This document shows, in pieces, positions 18,348 to 27,063 of a DNA stretch of 64,000 nucleotides. Within the stretch, counting starts at the first letter, position 1, and each line of letters opens with the position of its first letter. The notes under the pieces were generated by a model. That model saw nothing but the letters and a program-made list of their open reading frames with translations. It ran no database searches and was not told the DNA's origin. Both the position numbers and the translations under genes were made by a program. This DNA is from an uncultured Actinomycetota bacterium (lineage in GTDB: Bacteria; Actinomycetota; Actinomycetes; Mycobacteriales; Nakamurellaceae), in assembly GCA_963805555.1 (NCBI GenBank), contig CAWDUY010000018.1:213364-277363 (forward strand), read 5' to 3'.

Positions 18348-19084
18348 GATCCCCGGTCGGGTTTGTGCGCCACCACATGCAGATCCGCCGCAATCTGCAG
18401 CAGCGACGGATGGACGGCGGCGTCGGACTCGAGCCGGGCCAATTCGGTGTCGCCGCCGGGGATGGCCTGCCGCGCGGCGCCCGAGACCAATCCGGCGAGC
18501 ACGCCGACGCCGGTGACGGAATCGACGGCCAGCCCGGCTCCGGCCAGCAATTCGCCGATGCCGGCCGCGTCAAACCGCCGGCGCAACGGGTCGGTGGGGG
18601 CGAACCTGCCGTCCGGATCGGTCAACATCGCGCGGGCCTGCGCGAATCGTCCGGCCAAGGTCTGGCCGACGACCGCGCCCAGCCGGCCGGCCACCAGCAC
18701 CGAGACCTGGCCGCCGGGGCGAACCGCATCCGCGACGGCCGCGACAACGGCGATCGGATCGTCCACCTCCTCCAGCAGGTGATGACACAGCACCAGATCG
18801 GCGTCGCCGCTCGGAACGACCGTCACCAACTGGTCGGCATCGGCCTGCACGCCGGTCACCAGGTCGGCGACCCCGGCGTCCTGCGCGCGGCGGTGCAGGA
18901 TGGCCAGGGCGTCCACCGACGAGTCGACCACGGTCACCGAGCACCCGTGGATCGCCAGCGGGACCGCTCGGGTGCCGCTGCCACCGCCGACATCCACCAC
19001 TCGCGGCGACCCGCTGCCACCGATCAACGCGATCAGCGCGAGATCTACCGGGTCACCGCCGACCGGGCGGCGCTGTTCGATCAT
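18344..19084 (-). CDS. class I SAM-dependent methyltransferase
   Basis: Motif I VVDVGGGSGTRAVPLA. RBS aggaggag precedes the ATG at 19084. Translationally coupled to dinB. Confidence 0.8.
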   Translation of the reverse strand: MIEQRRPVGGDPVDLALIALIGGSGSPRVVDVGGGSGTRAVPLAIHGCSVTVVDSSVDALAILHRRAQDAGVADLVTGVQADADQLVTVVPSGDADLVLCHHLLEEVDDPIAVVAAVADAVRPGGQVSVLVAGRLGAVVGQTLAGRFAQARAMLTDPDGRFAPTDPLRRRFDAAGIGELLAGAGLAVDSVTGVGVLAGLVSGAARQAIPGGDTELARLESDAAVHPSLLQIAADLHVVAHKPDRGS

Positions 19085-19268
19085 CGGACTCCTCCTGACT
19101 GGCCTGATCGGTGCCGCCGCGACTTCGCTGACCAACTGTTTTCGGTGCCGGGGTTGACCCCTGCGCGAGGTCGGATCGTCCGGTCACCGACAGCGGGACA
19201 AGTGCTCTGGTCGCCAGCAGAACGCCGACTCACCGGAAGCGTATCGGCGCGCACCGACCATCCCCGGA

Positions 19269-20111
19269 TTGACCGGTCCCGGCCTGTACGGTTGGCCGGT
19301 GTTGGTTGCCAGTGTGTTGAGCCTCAAGGGCGGCGTCGGGAAGACCACGGTCACGCTGGGTCTTGCATCTGCGGCAGTTCACCGCGGGGTGGACACCCTC
19401 CTGGTCGATCTCGACCCCCAGATGAACGCCACGACCACCGTTGATCCGGACCTGGAGGGTGCGTCGAACGGACACGCCGGCGGCCGTCGATGGTCGGTTG
19501 CCGAGGTGCTGGACGATCCCTCCCGCAAGGTGATCGACAAGGTGATCCGGGTGTCCGCTTGGGGCGACAATCTGCGGATCCTGCCCGGCAGCGAGCGGAC
19601 CGAGAACCACAACCATCCGGATCCGGGCTCGAAGACGCTCTTTCGGCTTGCGGGCGCCCTCGCGAAGGTCAGCCCGGCCCCCGAGCTCGTACTTGTCGAC
19701 TGCCCGCCATCGCTCGGCCAGCTCACTCGCAGCGCCCTGACCGCAGCCGACCGCGCCGTCCTGGTGACCGAGCCTTCGCTCTTCGCCGTCACCGGTGTCC
19801 AACGGGCGTTGGAGGCCGTGCAGACCGAGCGGCTCGCGCACCGGCCCGCCCTGCAACCCCTTGGCGTGGTGATCAATCGCTTCCGGCCCAGGGTGACCGA
19901 GCACGAATACCGGTTGGCCGAGCTCAAGGACCTGTTCGGCCCGCTGGTGTTGTCCCCCGTGCTGCCGGATCGGTCCGCGGTGCAGCAGGCGCAGGGGGCC
20001 GGAATCCCGATCCATCAATGGCCCACCGCGGGCGCTCGCGAGGTCGCGCAGAGCTTCGACGCACTACTCGAGCGGTTGATGCGGTCCGGCCGTCAGAAGG
20101 TTCGTCGCTAG
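19269..20111 (+). CDS. ParA/Soj-family ATPase (orphan; no parB or plasmid context)
   Basis: Deviant Walker A SLKGGVGKTTVTLGLA and DLDPQ motif. The start may instead be the GTG at 19299. Confidence 0.85.
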   Translation: MTGPGLYGWPVLVASVLSLKGGVGKTTVTLGLASAAVHRGVDTLLVDLDPQMNATTTVDPDLEGASNGHAGGRRWSVAEVLDDPSRKVIDKVIRVSAWGDNLRILPGSERTENHNHPDPGSKTLFRLAGALAKVSPAPELVLVDCPPSLGQLTRSALTAADRAVLVTEPSLFAVTGVQRALEAVQTERLAHRPALQPLGVVINRFRPRVTEHEYRLAELKDLFGPLVLSPVLPDRSAVQQAQGAGIPIHQWPTAGAREVAQSFDALLERLMRSGRQKVRR

Positions 20112-20115
20112 GAAT

Positions 20116-20206
20116 GCACTGAATACCTGACTCCTTCGTCGTCCGGTCGGTTCAGTGCCCTCCTGCCGTGTCGATTGGCGGCCCCTCCTTCGTCGGGTCC
20201 GACTAG
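20116..20206 (-). repeat. third copy of the stem-loop plus stop-codon-abutting element (A-like hairpin 20116-20158, B-like 20151-20206)
   Basis: gcactgaa-N27-ttcagtgc, followed by cctcctgccgtgtcgattggcggcccctccttcgtcgggtccgactag. This aligns by eye with ttcagtgctgccctcctgtattgaacggcgcccgacgacttcgtcgcggtcgactag at 3861-3919. The terminal ctag again holds the TAG stop of the minus-strand gene. Confidence 0.7.
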
Positions 20207-20994
20207 CCCTGCTCTCCACCAACGGCCAGGGCTTCCTCCACCAACTCGAGAAACGCCGCAACCTGCCGGACCATGTCGTCGGCCTCACGCGGTGACACGA
20301 ACCGGTGCAGACCGGCCTCGGCGGCTTGCCGCTTGGCGGAGCCGGCCGCGAAGAACGCGGCCCACTCGGCGAACTCCGGAGCCACCCCGGAGATCAGCTC
20401 CCAGACACTGCCGCGCCGTCCCCGCACCGGCCTGGCCCGCGCGGCCAGCACCGCGGCCGCGGCGCGCAATGCCGCCAGATGGGCGGCTGCGTACCGATCA
20501 GCTGCCTCGCTCGCGCGGATCGCCCGGCCCAGGCCGCGTGAGGCGTCCGCCAACAGATCCCGTGCCGCTTGCGGGATCGGCGGCGTCAGCCGGGGGTCCA
20601 CGCTTCGTTGCCCCTGCCGGAGCTCCTGACTCTGCATCGGTCGTTCTCCTTGTCGCTGCCGTGTCCCTCGCCGAGACACCGATGGATGACCGGCACCTGC
20701 GGCCCGTCGACGTGGGCGGGTGCGTCCACGTTCCTGGCTCGGCGTTGGGGTGCTCGGCGGTGAGGTGCTTGGCGGTGGCGCGCTCGGGCGACTGAGCAGA
20801 ATGGCGTCGAACAGGCCGGGGGCAGCCAACGCGAGACTTGCCTCCGACGACTGCTGCGCCGGGTGCCTGTAGCCGGCGGCGCGGGAACCGGTAGCAGGGG
20901 AATCGGGGGCGGCACCCGCCACCCCCTCCCCGGTGGCATCTGCATCGGCTTCCACCGCTGCGTGCGGACTGCGGATGACTGTGCTGACCGACAT
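20203..20994 (-). CDS. HEPN-domain protein (SAV_6107-like) with a disordered Pro/Ser/Arg-rich N-terminal half
   Basis: The C-terminal 144 aa (AARDLLADASRGLGRAIRASEAADRYAAAHLAALRAAAAVLA...VWELISGVAPEFAEWAAFFA...) looks like the small actinobacterial HEPN family. ATG at 20994 has RBS ggagg at 5 nt and follows the SOS box. An internal ATG at 20637 with RBS aaggaga is an alternative start. Confidence 0.6.
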   Translation of the reverse strand: MSVSTVIRSPHAAVEADADATGEGVAGAAPDSPATGSRAAGYRHPAQQSSEASLALAAPGLFDAILLSRPSAPPPSTSPPSTPTPSQERGRTRPRRRAAGAGHPSVSRRGTRQRQGERPMQSQELRQGQRSVDPRLTPPIPQAARDLLADASRGLGRAIRASEAADRYAAAHLAALRAAAAVLAARARPVRGRRGSVWELISGVAPEFAEWAAFFAAGSAKRQAAEAGLHRFVSPREADDMVRQVAAFLELVEEALAVGGEQG

Positions 20995-21011
20995 CCCGAC
21001 CTCCAGTGTGT

Positions 21012-21027
21012 TCGAACCTATGTTCGA
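21012..21027. promoter_or_regulatory. LexA SOS box (perfect actinobacterial palindrome)
   Basis: TCGAAC-CTAT-GTTCGA, 18 nt upstream of the ATG at 20994. An extra GTTCGA half-site lies at 21037-21042. Confidence 0.75.
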
Positions 21028-21220
21028 TAGTACACGTGTTCGATGCTGGACGCCAGTACTGCACGGTGTCGTGTCGGCCACTCCGCGACGTGGACCAGTC
21101 CGAATTTTCGACCGGTTCGGACGTCACCGAAGGCAGGTATATCCCGCGACACCGACAACGAGACCGGTCCGCCGAAGGGGGACGTCCCAATCCTGGGGCC
21201 CGACGTGATCTGATTACCCC

Positions 21221-21805
21221 ATGGAGCTGCTGCCCGACGAAAGCGTCCGGGCTTCCGTGGTTCTCGCCCGGCTGGACGCCCCGACCTTTCGCCGTCGCAC
21301 GGCAGAGCTGATCGACGTCTACATCACGGCGATGCGCTACCCCGCCGATCTGGCCGGGGCGCGGTCGGTGCTGTGGGAGGAACACAGCCACCGAACCGGT
21401 TTTTCCTGCATCATCGCCACTGGTGCTGCCGACCGGGTTGTCGGTCTGGCCTACGGCTATCGGGGCGCGCCCGGCCAGTGGTGGTACTCCGAGGTGCGAC
21501 GCGGGGTTCGACCGGTGGACGAGGGGCAACTCGCCGATTTCTTCGAGCTGACCGAGCTACACGTTCATCCGGACTGGCAGGGTCATGGGTTGGGTGAGGC
21601 GCTGCTCCGCGGGTTGGCCAAGGACCGGCCGGAACGGCACATGCTGCTGTCCACCCCGGAAGGGGAGAACAGAGCCTGGCGGTTGTACCGCCGCCTCGGG
21701 TTCGTCGACCTACTACGGAACTACCGTTTCACCGGCGACCCGCGGCCGTTCGGTGTCCTCGGCCGGACCTTGCCGCTGGCTCCCCCTGGGCCGGCCAAGA
21801 CCTGA
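21221..21805 (+). CDS. GNAT-family N-acetyltransferase
   Basis: Acetyl-CoA binding motif LHVHPDWQGHGLGEALL within a 194-aa ORF. Confidence 0.8.
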   Translation: MELLPDESVRASVVLARLDAPTFRRRTAELIDVYITAMRYPADLAGARSVLWEEHSHRTGFSCIIATGAADRVVGLAYGYRGAPGQWWYSEVRRGVRPVDEGQLADFFELTELHVHPDWQGHGLGEALLRGLAKDRPERHMLLSTPEGENRAWRLYRRLGFVDLLRNYRFTGDPRPFGVLGRTLPLAPPGPAKT

Positions 21806-21874
21806 GACATCCTCTGCCGCAGCGCATTCCGCCCGTCTTGACCAATGTGCCAGCCCGCAGATCCGGCAGTCGGA

Positions 21875-23551
21875 TCAGAGTGTCTGCAGGCGGCTGGCCA
21901 AGGTGTCAAGTCCCATGCCACCCATGTTCAGCGCGGCGGAATGAAACGCCTTGAAGTCGAAGGCCGCTCCGTGCCGGCGCCGGGCGTCGTCGCGACCGGC
22001 GATCCATACCCGCTCGCCGATCTTGTAGGACGGCGCTTGGCCGGGCCAGCCGAGATACCGGTCGATCTCGCTGCGGCAGTGCGCCTCGTCCGTGATCGTT
22101 CTTGTCGTCAGGAACTCCAGGCCCAGTTCCCCGGTCCACCGCTCCCCCTCATGGAAGCCGGTACCGACGGGGATCGTGAGCTCCAGGTGCATGCCGATAT
22201 CGACGATCACCCGGGCGGTCCGGAACAACTGCGAGTCCAGCAGACCGAGTAGTTCGCCGTCGTTGGACAGGTAGCCCAACTCCCGGACCAGCTGCTCGGC
22301 GTACAGCGCCCACCCCTCGGCGTGGGCGGAGGTACCCGCCAACAGTCGTTGGTTGTCGTTCAGGCTGTCCTTGCGGTGGACCGCGGTCGCGACCTGCAGG
22401 TGATGTCCCGGCACACCCTCGTGATAGACGACGCTGGTTTCGCGCCAAGTTGAGAACACCTCCCGACCCGGTTCGACCGCCCACCACATCCGACCCGGCC
22501 GGCTGAAGTCGTCGGTCGGCCCCGTGTAATAGGCACCGATGGGACCGCCCGGCGGCGCGATCCGGCATTCGAGAACCTTCACCTGATCCGGAATCTCGAA
22601 ATGTGTCTGGGCGAGATCGGCAATCGCCCGATCGGACAGCTCCTGCATCCAGGCCTGCAGTGCGTCCTGCCCGACCAGCTGATAGGCCGGGTCGGCGTCC
22701 AACACGGCCGCGGCTCCGGCCGGCCCGGCTCCGGGCGCGATCCGCTCGGCCACCGCGCGCAGCTCTGCCTCGATCGCCAGGAATTCCGCCCAACCCCAGG
22801 CGTAGGTCTCCTCCAGGTCGATCACTGCGCCCAGGAAGTCGCGGGACGCGAGCACGTACCGCTCCCGACCGACCGCATCAGCAACTGGGGCATGTCGCCG
22901 TAGGTCCCTGCGGAGGTACTGCGCCAGCTCGGCGTACGCCGCATCGGCCGCCGTCGCGGCCGCGGCGAGCTCCGCGGTGCGCTCGGCACCCCTGGCCCCG
23001 TCCGGGTTAACCGCCTGCGCCAGACCCGTGAAGAAGCCCGGGCCGCCGTCGCCGGCGTAGGTGTCGCACTGCTCGGCGCACTTGTCGATCTGCCGCAGCG
23101 CCGCAACCTTGCCGCGGTCGGCGGCCCAGGCCAGGCTCTGCCGATACCCGGCCAGCGCCGCCGGCACCGCCGCTATCCGCCTGGCCAGCACGGCGACGTC
23201 ATCGTCACTCTCGGTGGGCATCAGGTCGAAGACGAGCCGGACATGTTGCAGCGGCGAATCGATGACGTTGAGGTCGGCATGCATCCACCCCGAGTCGTAC
23301 CGGTCCCGTTGCACCTCAAGGCGCTCCACCAGGACGTCACGGGCGATGTCGTCGCCGGTGCCGGTGGAGTCGGCAGCGGACAACTGGGCGAGTGTCTTGA
23401 GCGCCAGTTCGTTGCCGGCGGCGAGCCCGTCGGGCGACAGGTCACCGAGCTGATCGGGGTCATGGGGCACCCCGAGAAAGGTGGCCATGATCGGGCTCTG
23501 CCGGGCGAACGCGGCGACATAGGCATTGGAGACGTCGTTGATCTCTGACAT
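21875..23551 (-). CDS. DUF885 domain-containing protein (metallopeptidase-like)
   Basis: About 560 aa with VYHEGVPGHHLQ and the overall DUF885 look. The start is taken at ATG 23551 (MSEINDV...). Confidence 0.75.
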   Translation of the reverse strand: MSEINDVSNAYVAAFARQSPIMATFLGVPHDPDQLGDLSPDGLAAGNELALKTLAQLSAADSTGTGDDIARDVLVERLEVQRDRYDSGWMHADLNVIDSPLQHVRLVFDLMPTESDDDVAVLARRIAAVPAALAGYRQSLAWAADRGKVAALRQIDKCAEQCDTYAGDGGPGFFTGLAQAVNPDGARGAERTAELAAAATAADAAYAELAQYLRRDLRRHAPVADAVGRERYVLASRDFLGAVIDLEETYAWGWAEFLAIEAELRAVAERIAPGAGPAGAAAVLDADPAYQLVGQDALQAWMQELSDRAIADLAQTHFEIPDQVKVLECRIAPPGGPIGAYYTGPTDDFSRPGRMWWAVEPGREVFSTWRETSVVYHEGVPGHHLQVATAVHRKDSLNDNQRLLAGTSAHAEGWALYAEQLVRELGYLSNDGELLGLLDSQLFRTARVIVDIGMHLELTIPVGTGFHEGERWTGELGLEFLTTRTITDEAHCRSEIDRYLGWPGQAPSYKIGERVWIAGRDDARRRHGAAFDFKAFHSAALNMGGMGLDTLASRLQTL

Positions 23552-23561
23552 CCGCCAGACG

Positions 23562-23999
23562 CTACCGCTCCAGGTCGGCGCCGCTATCCGGTTTTTCGCT
23601 GCCATCAACTGCCGGCTGCGCGACGGAGTTCTCGTTAACCATGGCCTGGATCATCGGTTCCGGTCCGTCGTCCGCCGCCGAGTGGGTGGGCTTTTCGGTG
23701 GCCTGTTCGTGATCGCCCTTGGCGTTGCGGTAGGCCACCCGGACCGTGAGATGCGCCGATACCGGGGCAGTCACGAACTGCAGGATCACGATCAGCACCA
23801 GCATGCCGATGACGCCCGGCGACCCGAGCCGCAGCCCGACGCCCACCATCAACAGGATGATGCCGAGGACCTGCGGTTTGGTCGCAGCGTGGATCCGGCT
23901 CATGGTGTCCGGGAACCGCAGGACCGCGATGCCGGCCAGCAGCGACATCAGTGAACCCAGCACGAGCAACACGGACGCGACGATGTCGAGGGTGCTCAC
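23562..23999 (-). CDS. mnhG: monovalent cation/H+ antiporter subunit G
   Basis: VSTLDIVASVLLVLGSLMSLLAGIAVLRFPDTMSRIHAATKPQ is the MnhG signature. Last gene of the mrp operon. GTG start at 23999. Confidence 0.8.
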   Translation of the reverse strand: MSTLDIVASVLLVLGSLMSLLAGIAVLRFPDTMSRIHAATKPQVLGIILLMVGVGLRLGSPGVIGMLVLIVILQFVTAPVSAHLTVRVAYRNAKGDHEQATEKPTHSAADDGPEPMIQAMVNENSVAQPAVDGSEKPDSGADLER

Positions 24000-24060
24000 G
24001 CAGCACCCCCCGGCCGGTCGGCCGCGGCCGTCATCAGCCGATCGGCCGTAGACGTCCTCG

Positions 24061-24321
24061 TCATTGCCGGTCCCGTGGCAGCAGTTTGGCCAGGCTGGCC
24101 GAGCCGATGAACCCCAGCAGCGAAACGACAACCGCGATCACCAGGGTGATCGAGCTGTCGGAGACCGCAGCACTGAGCACGATGACTCCCACGACGATGG
24201 CCAGCATGACGTCCAGCGCGACGGCCCGGTCGATCTGCGTCGGCCCGCGAACCAGCCGTATCGCAGCGAACAGCGCACCGAGACCGAACATCGTGCCGGC
24301 AATGACCACCGTCCACATCAT
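24061..24321 (-). CDS. mnhF: monovalent cation/H+ antiporter subunit F
   Basis: MMWTVVIAGTMFGLGALFAAIRLVRGPTQIDRAVALD... ATGA overlap with the mnhE stop. Confidence 0.8.
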   Translation of the reverse strand: MMWTVVIAGTMFGLGALFAAIRLVRGPTQIDRAVALDVMLAIVVGVIVLSAAVSDSSITLVIAVVVSLLGFIGSASLAKLLPRDRQ

Positions 24322-24959
24322 CGGCGAGCACCGCCCCACTTGCCTCGGCGAGCAGGCGCAAAATCGGGCACTGTGCCGTCACCGAGGGCCAGCCGGATCC
24401 GCCGTTCCTGGGCGAGGACCTGCGCGGCGAAGTCGTCCATCGACCGGTGCTCGGCGTCCAACACGTGGATTGTCAGCACCCGGTTCTCGGCGTCGGCATC
24501 GACGATCAGGCTGCCCGGCACCAGGGACACCGCCAGCGCGGTCAGCGCCTCGAGCAGGTCAGAATCGGACGCCAACTGCACCGTGGTGATCTCCGATTGC
24601 GGGAGCCGAGGGCGGATGGCCAGCCAGCCGACCTGCAAGCTCGCGATCACCACGTCGTAGAGGAACCGGACCACCAACACAAAGGTGCGCCAGGGGTGAA
24701 TGCCGAACCGGAACACCATGGTGGGCAACGGGAACAGCAACAGGATGAGGGCGCTGACCACCACCCCAATCAAGATCACGGTTAGCGAGGCCGAACCCCA
24801 CAGCGCCGTCCAGACCAGGACCAACAGGACCAGCGTCAGCAGGTACGGGGCCCAGCCGCCGCTGCCCGGGATCTTGCCGCCGCGGACCCGGACCGCTCGC
24901 GCGCGGAGTCGGCTCGGACTCATGCCGGACCTTCCCTGCCGCTCACTCATGCCACTCAT
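24318..24959 (-). CDS. mnhE: Na+/H+ antiporter subunit E
   Basis: This is the last 213 aa of the 799-aa track ORF: ...LWGSASLTVILIGVVVSALILLLFPLP...LVPGSLIVD. The ATG at 24959 overlaps the mnhD TGA. Later in-frame ATGs are also possible starts. Confidence 0.75.
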   Translation of the reverse strand: MSGMSERQGRSGMSPSRLRARAVRVRGGKIPGSGGWAPYLLTLVLLVLVWTALWGSASLTVILIGVVVSALILLLFPLPTMVFRFGIHPWRTFVLVVRFLYDVVIASLQVGWLAIRPRLPQSEITTVQLASDSDLLEALTALAVSLVPGSLIVDADAENRVLTIHVLDAEHRSMDDFAAQVLAQERRIRLALGDGTVPDFAPARRGKWGGARR

Positions 24960-26692
24960 CCGCCGTCCCCCGTCGAGTCGGTCGAGTCGGTCGAGTCGGT
25001 CGAGTCGGTCGAGTCGGTCGAGTCGGTCGAGTCGGTCGGGTCGGTCGGGTCGGTCGGGTCGGTCGCGCCCGTTGCGCCGGGCGGTGGCGGCACCCCGGAG
25101 TCGAGCACGGCGTCGACGTAGTTGCTGCGATCGCTCAGGCCGGCTGCCGCCCGGTCGGTGAGTCCGTAGATCGGGCCGGCGGCCACCGTCAGCAGCAGAC
25201 CGACCGCGATGACCGCGGTGGTAGCGCCGACCATGCCGATCGGCAGGTGGGACGCGTTCTCGGCCGCCCGCCGGCGCTGCGTCTCGCGCTGGACCCGCCG
25301 CCGAACCGCCAGCGATCGGCCGGACTCGGTTTGCAGGGCATCGGACTCGACGGTCAACCCACTCATCTCGGGGACCGGACGCCAGAACGCCCGCCCCCAG
25401 ACCCGGATGATCGCGTACAGGGTGAGCAGACTGGTCAGCGCACCGCCAGCCACCAGGATCAGCGCCAGCACCCGGCCGTCCTCGACGCCGGCCTCGAACA
25501 GCCCGACCTTGCCGAGGAAGCCGGAGAAAGGCGGCACGCCCGCCAGATTCATCGCCGGGATGAAGAACAGGATCGCCAACATCGGCGCTGCCGCGGATAG
25601 GCCGCCGAGCCGGGCCAGGACGGTGGTTCCGGCCACCCGCTCGATCAGTCCCACCGCAAGGAAGAGGGCAGTCTGCACCAAAATGTGGTGGGCCACGTAG
25701 TAGATGGCGGCACTGAGACCGGTCTCCGAGGCGAGCGCGACACCGAACAGCATGTAACCGATGTGCGAGATCAGGGTGAACGAGAGCATCCTCTTGATGC
25801 CTGATTGCGAGATGGCGCCCAAGATCCCGATCACCATGGTCAGCAGCGCGGCAATCATCAGCAGGGTGGCGTATGAACCGGTGGGGAACAGCAGCGTCTG
25901 CACCCTGATGATCGCGTAGATGCCGACCTTGGTGAGCAGCCCGGCGAAGACCGCGGTGACCGGGGCGGGTGCGCTCGGATACGAGTCGGGTAGCCACAAC
26001 GACATCGGGAACACCGCCGCCTTGACGCCGAACGCCACCAGCAGCAACGCCTGCAGCACCGCGACGATCCCGTCCGGCAACACTGCCAGTTTGCCGGACA
26101 GATCGGCCATGTTCACCGTCCCGGTGGCCGCGTAGATCATCGCGATGGCGACCAGGAAGATCAACGAGGACAGCAGCGAGACCACGATGTACGGTGCGCC
26201 GGCGCGTAGTCGCTCGCGGGTGCCGCCCGAGGTGAGCAGCACGTAACTGGCCGTCAGCAGAATCTCGAAGCTGACGAACAGGTTGAACAGATCGCCCGCG
26301 ATGAACGCGTTCGACACACCCGTCACCAGGATCAGGAAGGTCGGGTGGAAGATCGAGATCGGTACCTCGGGACCGACCTCGCGGTCCGCGATGCCCTGCG
26401 AGATGCCGTAGATGAGCACCGCCAGCGACACGATGGTCGACACGACCAACATCAGCGCCGCCAGGTCGTCGGCGACCAGCGTCACGCCGAGCGGCGCCGT
26501 CCAGCCACCGACGTGCATCACCATCGTGCCGTTCTGGTCGACCTGGAAGAGCATCACCAGTTCGACGAGAAGTTGCAGCGAGATAGCCGTCACCGAGATC
26601 GCCCGCTGCACCCGCGGACGGCGGCTCGCGACGAGGGTCATGGCAGCCCCGGTCATCGGCAGGATGATCGCCATGGGCAGGAGCCAGGTCAT
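24956..26692 (-). CDS. mnhD: Na+/H+ antiporter subunit D (NuoN/ND2-like) with a (P/S)TD repeat tail
   Basis: 578-aa polytopic ORF with ATGA overlap with the mnhC stop. The C-terminus reads PTDPTDPTDSTDSTDSTDSTDSTDSTGDGG. Confidence 0.88.
   Translation of the reverse strand: MTWLLPMAIILPMTGAAMTLVASRRPRVQRAISVTAISLQLLVELVMLFQVDQNGTMVMHVGGWTAPLGVTLVADDLAALMLVVSTIVSLAVLIYGISQGIADREVGPEVPISIFHPTFLILVTGVSNAFIAGDLFNLFVSFEILLTASYVLLTSGGTRERLRAGAPYIVVSLLSSLIFLVAIAMIYAATGTVNMADLSGKLAVLPDGIVAVLQALLLVAFGVKAAVFPMSLWLPDSYPSAPAPVTAVFAGLLTKVGIYAIIRVQTLLFPTGSYATLLMIAALLTMVIGILGAISQSGIKRMLSFTLISHIGYMLFGVALASETGLSAAIYYVAHHILVQTALFLAVGLIERVAGTTVLARLGGLSAAAPMLAILFFIPAMNLAGVPPFSGFLGKVGLFEAGVEDGRVLALILVAGGALTSLLTLYAIIRVWGRAFWRPVPEMSGLTVESDALQTESGRSLAVRRRVQRETQRRRAAENASHLPIGMVGATTAVIAVGLLLTVAAGPIYGLTDRAAAGLSDRSNYVDAVLDSGVPPPPGATGATDPTDPTDPTDSTDSTDSTDSTDSTDSTDSTGDGG
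24972..25061 (-). repeat. 9-nt tandem repeat, 10 copies (7x gtcgagtcg, 3x gtcgggtcg), in frame at the mnhD 3' end
   Basis: Read directly from the sequence. It encodes the DST/DPT tripeptide repeats and ends 13 nt upstream of the mnhD stop / mnhE start overlap. Confidence 0.95.
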
Positions 26693-27063
26693 TCCTCTCC
26701 CGCCCCCAATTCGGCATCCGCGACTTCGTCGGGCTCGAGCTCGTCGTCCAACTCCGGGTCCCTGGTCAGGATGTAGTTCCGGTACGCCATCGCGAACAGG
26801 AAGGTGGACACCGCCAGGGTGATCACGATGGAGGTCAGGATCAGCGCCTGCGGGATGGGATCGGCGACCTGCTGGCCGTTCGCCGGCTCCCCAACGATCG
26901 GCGGGACGAATCCCCCGCCGACCGACAGCAGCATCAGGTTGACACCGTGCCCGGCAAGCAGGAACCCGAGAATGACGCGGATCAGATTCCGCGACAGCAT
27001 CAGGTACACACCGCAGGCGAAAAGGCCACCGATGGTGATGGCCAGGACCAGGTCGGTCGTCAC
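26689..27063 (-). CDS. mnhC: Na+/H+ antiporter subunit C (NuoK-like)
   Basis: 124 aa with 3 TM segments: MTTDLVLAITIGGLFACGVYLMLSRNLIRVILGFLLAGHGVNL. It overlaps both neighbouring genes. Confidence 0.88.
   Translation of the reverse strand: MTTDLVLAITIGGLFACGVYLMLSRNLIRVILGFLLAGHGVNLMLLSVGGGFVPPIVGEPANGQQVADPIPQALILTSIVITLAVSTFLFAMAYRNYILTRDPELDDELEPDEVADAELGAGEE

Noticed and set aside
20498-21529. 343-aa minus-strand ORF and other ORFs across 20175-21311
   Set aside because: They are alternate frames of the HEPN gene and the intergenic region. Their composition is Arg/Pro/Gly-rich, and they span the SOS box and the divergent promoter region.
24960-26717. N-terminal 586 aa of the 799-aa ORF 24318-26717
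   Set aside because: It is an alternate frame of mnhD. Only the last 213 codons (from ATG 24959, overlapping the mnhD stop) form MnhE.
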